Origin: the human T2T-CHM13v2.0 reference genome, Homo sapiens
NCBI RefSeq assembly: GCF_009914755.1
Contig: NC_060940.1
Length of the DNA: 64,000 nucleotides
Strand: one strand, 5' to 3'
Below the pieces are notes generated by a model. The model worked only from the letters and a program-made list of their open reading frames with translations. It made no database searches and was not told the origin of the DNA. Within the stretch, counting starts at the first letter, position 1. Every line of letters begins with the position of its first letter. Below are positions 13,031 through 25,385 of this stretch, piece after piece. The translations under genes and the position numbers were made by a program.

Positions 13031-16000
13031 CGATGATGATTGGATTCGATTCCATTTGATGATTTCATTTGATTCCATTCGATGATGATTTCGATCAATT
13101 CCATTCGATGATTCCATTCGATTCCATTTGATAATGATTACATCCGAGTCCATTCGATGATTCCATTTGAGCCCGTTCGATAATTCCATTTGAGTCCAAT
13201 CAATGATTCCATTCATTTCCATTCAATGATTCCATTCGAGTCCATTTGATCATTCCGGTAGTGTCCGTTCGATGTTGATTCCATTGGAGTGCATTCGATG
13301 ATTCCATTCGAGTCCATTTTAGGATTTGATTCGAGTCCTTTCGATGATTCCATTCGATTCCACTCGATGCGATGATGATTTCATTCGAGTCCATTCGACA
13401 CTTCCAATCGATTCCATTTGATGTTTCCATTCGAGTCCAATTGATGATTCCATTCAATTCCATTCGATGATGATTCCGTACGATTCCATTCTGTGATGAT
13501 TCCATGTGATTGCATTCAATGATGATTCCTTTCGATTGCATTCGATTATGATTCATTTCGTGTTCATTCTATGGTTCCACAGGTTTCACATCGTGTCCAT
13601 TCCATTATTCCATTCTATTCCATTTGATGATGATTCCATTCGATTCCATTCATTGGTGATTCCACTCAATTCCATTCAATGATTCCATTCCATTTCTTTC
13701 AACAATGATTCCATTAGTTTCTAATCGATGATCCACTTGATTCCATTTGACGATGATTCCATTCTTGTCCATTCGATGATTCCATTTGATTCCATATGAT
13801 GATGATTCCATTCGATTCCATATGATGATGATGCCATTCGAGTCCATTCAATGGTGATTCCATTCAATTCCATTCGGTGATTCCTTTCGATTCCATTTGA
13901 TGATGATGGCATTCGATTCCTTTCAATCATTCCCTTTGATTCCACTCAAAGTTGATTTCATTCAAGTCCATTCGATAATTGCATTCGATTCCATTCTATG
14001 ATGATTCCATTCGAGTCCATTTGATGATTCCATTCAATTCAAGTCAATGATGATTCCATTCGATTCCATTCGATGATTCCATTGGATTCCATTCGATGAT
14101 GATTCCATTCAAATCCATTCGATAATTCAATTCACGTCCATTCGATGATGATTCCAATCGAATCCATTCAAAGATTCCATTCAATTCCATTCGATGATTC
14201 CCTTAGATTCCATTCGATGATTCCACTTGATTCCATTTACGATGATTCCATTCGATTCCATGTGATGATTCCATTCAATTCTATTCAATGATGTTTCCAT
14301 TTGATTCCATTCGACCATGATTGCCTTTGATTCCATTCAATGATTCCATTCGGTTCCGTTTGATGATGATTCCGTTCGATTCCATTTGATGATTCCATTT
14401 GATTCCATTGGATGAGTCCATTCGATTACATTGGATGATTATTCCATTCGAGTGCATTAGATGATTCCATTCGAGTCCATTCGATGATTCCATTCGAGTC
14501 CATTCGATGATTCCATTCGATTCCATTCGATGTTGATTCTGTTCAAATCCATTCGATGATTCCACTCGATTCCATTCGATGACTCCATTTGATCCCATTC
14601 GATGATTTCCTTTGATTCCCTTTTATGATCATTCCATTTGATTCAATTCGGTGATTTCATTGGATTCCATTCAGTGATGTTTCCATTCGACTCCATTCGA
14701 TGATGATTCCATTCGACTACATTCGATTATGATTTCATTCAATTCCATTCGATAAAGATTCCCTTCGAGTCCAATCGATGATTCCATTCGATTCCATTCA
14801 ACGATGATTTGATTCGTGTCCATTCGATGATTCCATTTGATTCCACTTGATGAGGATTCCATTCGAGTCCATTTGATGATTCCATTCAATTCCATTCTCC
14901 GATGATTTCTTTTGAGCCCACTCAATGCTTCCACTCGATTCCATATGATGATGACTCCATTCGATGAAATTCGATGATGATTCCATTCGCTTGCATTCGA
15001 TGATGATTCCACTTGAGTCCATTAGAAGATTCTATTCAATTACATTCCATGACGATTCCGTTCGAGTCCATTTGATGATTCCATTAGACTCCATTCGACG
15101 ATGATTCCATTCGATGTTATTCGATGATTCCATTCGATCTCATTCGATGATGATTCCATTCAACTCCATTCGATGTTTCCATTCGAGTTCATTCTATTAT
15201 TCCATTAGATTCCATTCGATGATGATTCCATTCGATTCCATTTGATGATTGCATTCTATTTCATTTGATGATGATTCCATTCGAGTCCACTCGATGATTC
15301 CATTCGAGTCCATTTAATGAATCCATTGGTTTCAATTCTATGATGATTACATTGGATTCCATTCGTTGATGATTTCATTCGGTTCCATTCAATGATGATT
15401 CCATTCAATTCCTTTCAATGTTTCCATTCAATTCCATACGATGATGATTCCATTTGATTTGATTCGACAGTGAGCCATTCGATTCAATTCCATGATGATT
15501 CTATTTGATTCCATTGGTTGACATTTCCATTCGATTCCATTCGATGATGATTCCCTTTGATTCCATTCAAAGATGATTCCATTCTAGCCCATTCAATCAT
15601 TCCATTCGATTCTATTCAATGATGATTCCATTCATGTCGATTTGGTGATTCCATTTGACTTCATTTGATGATGATTCCTTTCAAGTTCATTAGATGATTC
15701 CATTCGATTCCATTTGATGATGATCCCATTCGAGTCCATTCAGTGATTCCACTCGTTTCCATTCCATGATGATTCCATTCCATTCCATTCAATGATTCCA
15801 TTCGATTCCGTTTGATGATGATTTCATTCGAGTCCATTCAATGATTCCATTCGATTCCAATCGATGGTGGTTCCATTAGAGTCCATTTAATGATTCCATT
15901 TGATTCCAGTCTCTGATGTTTACATTCGAGTCCATACGATGATTCCACTAAATTCCATATGATGATGATTCCATTCGATTCCATTGGATGATTCCATTCT

Positions 16001-18300
16001 ATTCTATTCAAAGGTGATTCCATTCGAGTACATTAGATGATTCCATTCGATTCCATTCAATGATGATTCTATTTGTGTCCCTTAGATGATTCCACATGAT
16101 TCCATTAGATGATGATACTATTTGAGCCCATCCAATGATTCCCTTCGATTCCATTCGATGAGGATTCCATTCGATTCAATTCATTGGTGATTCTATTCAA
16201 TTCAATTCTTTGATTCAATTCCATTCCATTCGACAATGATTCCATTCGATTTCTTTCGATGATTCCACTCAATTTCACTTGACATTGATTCCATTCGATT
16301 CCATTCAATGATTCCATTTGATTCCAGTGGATGATGATTGCCGTCGATTCCATTCGATCACTCCATTCTGTTCCATTTGATGATGATTACATTCGATTCC
16401 ATTTGATGATTCCATCTGATTCTATTCGAGGATTCCATTTGATTCCATTCGATGATGATTCCATTCGAGTCCATTCGATGATTTCATTCGAGTACATCCA
16501 ATGATTCCATTCGAGTCCATTTGATGATTCCATTTCATTCCATTTGATTATGATTCTACTAGAGTCCATTCAATGACTCCATTCGAGTCCATTCAACAGT
16601 TCCATCCGAGTCCATTCGATGATTCCATTCGATTCCATTTGATGATTCCATTCGAGTCCATTTAATCATTACAGTCGAGTCCATTTGGTGATTCCACTGG
16701 ATTTCTTTTGATAATGATACCATTCAATTACATTTGATGATGATCCCATTCAATTTCATTTGATGATGATTCCATTAGAGTCCATTCCATGATTTCATTC
16801 GAGTCCCTTCATTGATTCCATCCGATTTCATTTCATGATGACTCCATTCGAGTCCATTCGATGATTCCACTCGATTCCATTAGATGATTCCATTGGAGTC
16901 CATTTGATTGTTCCATTCGATTCCATTCGATTCCTTTCGAAGATTATTCCATTTGAGTCCATTCGATGATGATTCCATTCCATTCCATTCGATGATTCCG
17001 TTTGATTCCATTCGATGATTCCCTGTGATTCCTTTCTATGATGATTCCATTCCATTCCATTCAATGATTCCATTCGAATCTATTCCATGATGATTCCTTT
17101 CGATTCCATTCGCTGATGTTTCCGTTCAATTCCATTCGATGATGATTCCATTCGATTCCATTCATTGAGGATTCCATTGGATTCCATTCAATGATGATTC
17201 CATTCTATTCCATTCAATGATTGCATTCAATTCCATTCAATGATTATGCCATTAGAGTAAATTCAACGATTCCATTCAATACCATTCGATGATGATTCCT
17301 TTTGAGTCCATTCAATGATTTCATTCAAGTCCATTTGATGATTCCTTTCAATTCCATTCCATGATGATTCCATTCGAGTCCATTCGATGATTCCATTCGA
17401 TTGCATTCGATGATTCCATTATATTCCATTCAACGATGATTCCATTCGAGTCCATTCGATGATTCCATTAGAGTACATTTAATGATTGCTTTGTTTTCAA
17501 TTCGAAGATGATTACATTGGATTCCATTCTATGATTCCATTCGATTCCATTCATTGATGATTCCACCCAATTCCATTCGATGATGATTCCATTCGATTTC
17601 AATGATTCTACTCGATTCCATTCAATGATGATTCAATTCTATTCCGTTTGATGATTCCATTAGATTCCATTCTATGATGATTCCATTCGAGTCCATTCGA
17701 AGATTTCATTCGATTACATTCCATGACGATTCCATTCGAGTCCATTCGATGATTCCATTTGAATCCATTCGACGATGATTCCATTTGATGCTATTCGATG
17801 ATTCCCTTGGATTCCATTCGATGATGATTCCATTCGACTTGATTTGATGTTTCTATTTGAGTCCATTCGGTTATTTTATTAGACTACATTCGATGATGAT
17901 TCCATTCGATGCCATTCAGTGGTTCCATTTCATTCCACTCAATGATGATTGCATTCGTGTCCATTCGATGATTCCATTTGGTTCCATTTGATGATGATTC
18001 CATTCGAGTCCATTCGATGATACCATTCAATTCCATTCGATGATCATTCCATTCGAATCCATTTGATGATTCCACTCAATTCCATTTGATGACTCCTTTC
18101 ATTCCCATTCGATGATTCCCTTCAGTTCCAATTGGATGATCTTTCCATTTGATTCAATATGGTGACTCCATTCTATTATATTCAATGATGATTCCATTCG
18201 ACTCCATTAGATGATGACTTCATTCCATTCCATTCGATTGTGATTTCATTCGATTCCATTCGAAGATGATTCCATTCGAGTCCATTCGATGATTCCATTC
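13031..18300 (+). repeat. Partial (about 5.3 kb) copy of HOR unit A following a 2.64-kb deletion junction
   Basis: ORF offsets 26,017 (13650/39667, 14281/40298), then 26,138 (16105/42243, 17884/44022) after a 121-bp deletion. Confidence 0.88.
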
Positions 18301-21130
18301 GATTTCATTCAACGATGATTTGATTCGTGTCCATTCGATGATTCCATTTGATTCCACTTGATGATGATTCCATTCGAGTCCATTTGATGATTCCATTCAA
18401 TTCCATTCTCCGATGACTTCTTTTGAGCCCATTCAATGCTTCCACTCGATTCCATATGATGATGACTCCATTCGATGAAATTCGATGATGATTCCATTCG
18501 CTTGCATTCGATGATGATTCCACTTGAGTCCATTAGAAGATTCTATTCAATTACATTCCATGACGATTCCGTTCGAGTCCATTTGATGATTCCATTAGAC
18601 TCCATTCGACGATGATTCCATTCGAGGTTATTCGATGATTCCATTCGATCTCATTCGATGATGATTCCATTCAACTCCATTCGATGTTTCCATTCGAGTT
18701 CATTCTATTATTCCATTAGATTCCATTCGATGATGATTCCATTCGATTCCATTTGATGATTGCATTCTATTTCATTTGATGATGATTCCATTCGAGTCCA
18801 CTCGATGATTCCATTCGAGTCCATTTAATGAATATATTGGTTTCAATTCTATGATGATTACATTGGATTACATTCGTTGATGATTTCATTCGGTTCCATT
18901 CAATGATGATTCTATTCAATTCCTTTCAATGTTTCCATTCAATTCCATACGATGATGATTCCATTTGATTTGATTCGACAGTGAGTCATTCGATTCAATT
19001 CCATGATGATTCTATTTGATTCAATTGGTTGACATTTCCATTCGATTCCATTCGATGATGATTCCCTTTGATTCAATTCAAAGATGATTCCATTCTAGCC
19101 CATTCAATCATTCCATTCGATTCTATTCAATGATGATTCCATTCATGTCGATTTGGTGATTCCATTTGACTTCATTTGATGATGATTCCTTTCAAGTTCA
19201 TTAGATGATTCCATTCGATTCCATTTGATGATGATCCCATTCGAGTCTATTCAGTGATTCCACTCGTTTCCATTCCATGATGATTCCATTCCATTCCATT
19301 CAATGATTCCATTCGATTCCGTTTGATGATGATTTCATTCGAGTCCATTTGATGATTCCATTTCATTCCATTCGATGATGATTCCATTCGAGTCCATTTG
19401 ATGATTCTATTCGAATCCATTTGATGATTTCTTTTGATTATAGTTGGTGATGATTCCATTGGAGTCCATTCAATGATTCCATTCTATTCCAATCGATGAT
19501 GATTCCATTAGAGTCCATTTAATGATTCCATTTGATTCCAGTCTCTGATGATTACATTCGAGTCCATACGATGATTCCACTCAATTCCATATGATGATGA
19601 TTCCATTCTATTCCGTTCGATGATTCCATTCTATTCTATTCAATGGTGATTCCATTCGATTCCATTCAATGATGATTCTATTTGTGTCCCTTAGATGATT
19701 CCACATGATTCCATTAGATGATGATACTATTTGAGCCCATCCAATGATTCCCTTCGATTCCATTCGATGAGGATTCCATTCGATTCAGTTCATTGGTGAT
19801 TCTATTCAATTCAATTCTTTGATTCCATTCCATTCCATTCGACAATGATTCCATTCGATTTCTTTCGATGATTCCACTCGATTCCACTTGACATTGATTC
19901 CCTTCGATTCCATTCAATGATTCCATTTGATTCCAGTGGATGATGATTGCCATCGATTCCATTCGATCACTCCATTCTATTCCATTTGATGATGATTACA
20001 TTCGATTCCATTTGACGATTCCATCTGATTCTATTCGAGGATTCCATTTGATTCCATTCGATGATGATTCCATTCGAGTCCATTCGATGATTTCATTCGA
20101 GTACATCCAATGATTCCATTCGAGTCCATTTGATGATTCCATTTGATTCCATTTGATAATGATTCTACTAGAGTCCATTCAATGACTCCATTCGAGTCCA
20201 TTCAACAATTCCATTCGACTCCATTTGATGATTCCATTCGATTCCATTTGATGATTCCATTCGAGTCCATTTAATCATTACAGTCGAGTCCATTTGGTGA
20301 TTCCACCGGATTTCTTTTGATAATGATACCATTCAATTACATTTGATGATGATCCCATTCAATTTCATTTGATGGTGATTCCATTAGAGTCCATTCGATG
20401 ATTTCATTCGAGTCCCTTCATTGATTCCATCCGATTTCATTGGATGATGACTCCATTCGAGTCCATTCGATGATTCCACTCGATTCCATTAGATGATTCC
20501 ATTGGAGTCCATTTGATTGTTCCATTCGATTCCATTCGATTTCTTTCGAAGATTATTCCATTTGAGTCCATTCGATGATGATTCCATTCCATTCCATTCG
20601 ATGATTCCGTTTGATTCCATTCGATGATTCCCTTCGATTCCTTTCTTTGATGATTCCATTCCATTCCATTCAATGATTCCATTCGAATCTATTCCATGAT
20701 GATTCCTTTCGATTCCATTCGCTGATGTTTCCTTTCAATTCCATTCGATGATGATTCCATTCGATTCCATTCATTGAGGATTCCATTTGATTCCATTCAA
20801 TGATGATTCCGTTCTATTCCATTCAATGATTGCATTCAATTCCATTCAATGATTATCCCCTTAGAGTAAACTCAACGATTCCATTCAATACCATTCGATG
20901 GTGATTCCTTTTGAGTCCATTCAATGATTTCATTCAAGTCCATTTGATGATTCCTTTCAATTCCATTCTATGATGATTCCATTCGAGTCCATTCGATGAT
21001 TCCATTCGATTGCATTCGATGATTCCATTATATTCCAGTCAACGATGATTCCATTCGAGTCCATTCGATGATTCCATTAGAGTACATTTAATGATTGCTT
21101 TGTTTTCAATTCGAAGATGATTACATTGGA
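18301..21130 (+). repeat. More diverged re-run of the 14.8-17.5 kb segment (3.5-3.6 kb jump-back), leading into block B
   Basis: ORF ends 15012/18523 are offset 3,511; ORFs 16105/19714, 16387/19996 and 16828/20437 are offset 3,609, with several substitutions. Confidence 0.85.
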
Positions 21131-24100
21131 TTCCATTCTATGATACCATTCGATTCCATTCAATGATGATTCCACTCAAATCCATTGGATGATTCCATTC
21201 GTGTCCATTCGGTGATTTCATTAGATTCCATTCGAGGATGATTCCATTCGATTCCATTCGATGATTCCATTCAATTCCATTCGATGATGATTCCATTCCA
21301 GTCCATATGATCATTCCATTTGATTTCATTCGATGATGATTCCATTCGATTCCATTCGATGATTCCATTCTATTCCATTCGATGATGATTCCATTCGAGT
21401 CCATTCGATGATTCCATTCGAGTCCATTTAATGATTCCATTGGGTTCAATTCAATGATGATTACATTGGATTCCGTTCTATGATTCCATTCAATTCCTTT
21501 CATTGACAATTTGATTCCATTCGATGATGATTCAATTTGAGTTCATTCGATGATTCTATTCGATTCTCTTCGATGGTGATTCAATTCTATTATATTGGAT
21601 GATTCCATTCGATTCCATTTGATGTTGATTCAATTCGATTCTATTCGATGATGATTCCATTGGATTTCACTTGATGATTCTATTCGATTCCATTCAATGA
21701 TGATTCACTTCTCGTCCATTGGATGATTCCATTTCATTCCATTCGATGATGATTTCCTTCGATTCCATGCGACGGTGAGCAATTCGATTCAATTCCATGA
21801 TGATTCTATTTGATTCAATTAGATGATGTTTCCATTCGAATCCATTCCATGATTATTCCATTGGAATCCATTCGGCGATGATTCCATATGAGTCAATTCA
21901 ATGATGATTCCATATGGGTCCGTTCGATGATAATTCCATTTGATTTCATTCAATGCTTCTATTCTATTCCAGTCGATGATGATTCCATTGGAGTCCATAC
22001 GATGATTCCATTTGATTTCATTTGATGATGATTCCATTCGATGATGATTACATTGGATTCCATTCTATGATTCCATTCAATTCCATTCGTTGATGATTCG
22101 ATTCCATTCAATGATGATTCCATTTGAGTTCATTCGATGATTCTATTCGATTCCGTTCGATGGTGATTCAATTCTATTATATTGGATGATTCCACTCGAT
22201 TCCATTTGATGATTATTCCATTGGAGTCCACTTAGTGAATCCTTTAGATTCTACTCGAAGATGATTCCATTCGAGTCCATTCAATGATAGCATTCAATTT
22301 CATTCGTTGATGCTTCCATTCAAGTGCATTCGATGATATCATTCGATTCCATTTGATGATAATTCCATTTGATTCCATGCGATGATTCTATTCGATTCCA
22401 TTCAATGATAATTCCATTCAATTCAGTGATTCCTCTGGACTCCATTTGATGATGATACCATTCAATGATTCCATTCGATTCTATTCGAAAATGATTCCAT
22501 TTGAATCCATTTGATGATGATTCCATTAGATTCCATTTGATGATTCCATTCGATTGCATTTGACGATGATTCCATTCGATTCCATTTGATGATTCCATTC
22601 TATTCTATTCGATGATGATTCCATTCGATTCCATTTGATGATGATTGGATTCGATTCCATTTGATGATTTCATTTGATTCCATTCGTTAATGATTTCGAT
22701 CAACTCCATTCGATGATTCCATTTGATTCCATTCGATAATGATTACATCCGAGTCCATTCGATGATTCCATTTGAGTCCGTTCGATAATTCCATTTGAGT
22801 CCAATCAATGATTCCATTCATTTCCATTCAATGATTCCATTCGAGTCCATTTGATCATTCTGGTAGGGTCCGTTCGATGTTGATTCCATTGGAGTGCATT
22901 CGATGATTCCATTCGAGTCCATTTTATGATTTGATTCGAGTCCTTTCGATGATTCCATTCGATTCCACTCGATGATGATTTCATTCGAGTCCATTCGACA
23001 CTTCCAATCGATTCCATTTGATGTTTCCATTTGAGTCCAATTGATGATTCCATTCAATTCCATTCGATGATGATTCCGTACGATTCCATTCTGTGATGAT
23101 TCCATGTGATTGCATTCAATGATGATTCCTTTCGACTGCATTTGATTATGATTCATTTCGTGTTCATTCTATGGTTCCACAGGTTTCCATTCGATGACGT
23201 TTCCGTTCGTGTCCATTCCATTATTCCATTCTATTTCATTTGATGATGATTCCATTCGATTCCATTCATTGGTGATTCCACTCAATTCCATTCAATGATT
23301 CCATTCCATTTCTTTCAACAATGATTCCATTACTTTCTATTCGATGATCCACTTGATTCCATTTGGCGATGATTCCATTCGTGTCCATTCGATGATTCCA
23401 TTTGATTCCATATGATGATGATTCCATTCGATTCCATACCATGATGATTCCATTCGAGTCCATTCAATGGTGATTCCATTCAATTCCATTCGATGATTCC
23501 TTCCGATTCCATTCGATGATGATGGCATTCGATTCCTTTCAATCATTCCCTTTGATTCCATTCAAAGGTGATTTCATTCAAGTCCATTCGATAATTGCAT
23601 TCGATTCCATTCTATGATGATTCCATTCGAGTCCATTTGATGATTCCATTCAATTCAAGTCAATGATGATTCCATTTAATTCCACTCGATGATTCCATTG
23701 GATTCAATTCGATGATGATTCCATTCAAATCCATTCGATAATTCAATTCAAGTCCATTCGATGATGATTCCAATCGAATCCATTCAAAGATTCCATTCAA
23801 TTCCATTCGATGATGATTCCCTTAGATTCCATTCGATGATTCCACTTGATTCCATTTACGATGATTCCATTCGATTCCATGTGATGAATCCATTCAATTC
23901 TATTCAATGATGTTTCCATTTGATTCCATTGGACCATGATTGCCTTTGATTCCATTCAATGATTCCATTCGGTTCCATTTGATGATGATTCCGTTCGATT
24001 CCATTTCATTATTCCATTTGATTCCATTGGATGAGTCCATTCGATTACATTCGATGATTATTCCATTCGAGTGCATTAGATGATTGCATTCGAGTCCATT

Positions 24101-25385
24101 CGATGATTCCATTCGATTCCATTCGATGTTGATTCTGTTCAAATCCATTCGATGATTCCACTCGATTCCATTCGATGACTCCATTTGATCCCATTCGATG
24201 ATTTCCTGTGATTCCCTTTGATGATCATTCTATTTGATTCAATTCGGTGATTTCATTTCATTCCATTCAGTGATGTTTCCATTCGACTGTATTCGATGAT
24301 GATTCCATTCGACTCCATTCGATTATGATTTCATTCAATTCCATTCAATAATGATTCCCTTCGAGTCCATTCGATGATTCCATTCGATTCCATTCAACGA
24401 TGATTTGATTCGTTTCCATTCGATGATTCCATTTGATTCCACTTGATGATGATTCCATTCGAGTCCATTTGATGATTCCATTCGAGTCTATTTATGTATT
24501 ATATTCGTGTCCGCTTCATGATTCCATTCAATTCCATTTAATGTTGATTCCATTTGATTCCATTTGATGATTCAGTTCGATTCCTTGCAATGATTCCCTA
24601 CGATTCCTTTCTCTGATGATTCCATTCGATTCCATTCATTGATGATTTCATTCGACTCCATTCGATGATGATTCCTTTCGATTCCATTTGACGATGTTTC
24701 CATTCGAGTCCATTCGATGATGATTCTATTCAATTCTGTTCTATTATGATTCCATTCGATTTCATTCAATGCTTCTATTTGATTCCATTCGATGATGATT
24801 CCATCTCTTTCCCTTCGATGATTCCATTTGATTCCATTCAGTGATGATTCCATTTGATTCCATCTGATGATGATTTCACTTGATTCCTTTCAATGATGAT
24901 TCAATTCAAGTCCATTCGATGATTCCATTGGAGTCCAAACGATCATTCCGTTCGATTCCATTCAATGGTGATTCCATTCATGTCCATTCGATGAATCCAT
25001 TCAATTCCATTCGATGATGACTCCATTCGAGTACATTCGATGATTCCATTTGATTCCATTTGAAGATGATTCCATTCAATTCCATTCGAAGATGATTCCA
25101 TTCAATTCCATTCGATGATGATTCCGTATGAATCCATTCTCTGATTATTCCATTCGATTCCATTCATTGACGATTCCATTCAATTCCATTCAATGATGAT
25201 TCTCTTCTATTCCATTCGATGATTCCGGTCGATTCCATTCGATGATGATTCCATTAGATTCCATTCGATTGTTGCATTCGATTCCCTTCGATGATGATTC
25301 CTTTGAATTCCATTCGATTATCATTCCGTATGAATCCATTTGATGATTATTCCATTGGATTCCTTTCGATGATGATTCCATTCGA
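21029..25385 (+). repeat. Shortened/rearranged variant block B, second copy
   Basis: Begins 'tatattccagtcaacgatgattcc', identical to window position 1, and shares the block-B-specific junctions and ORF translations. Confidence 0.88.
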
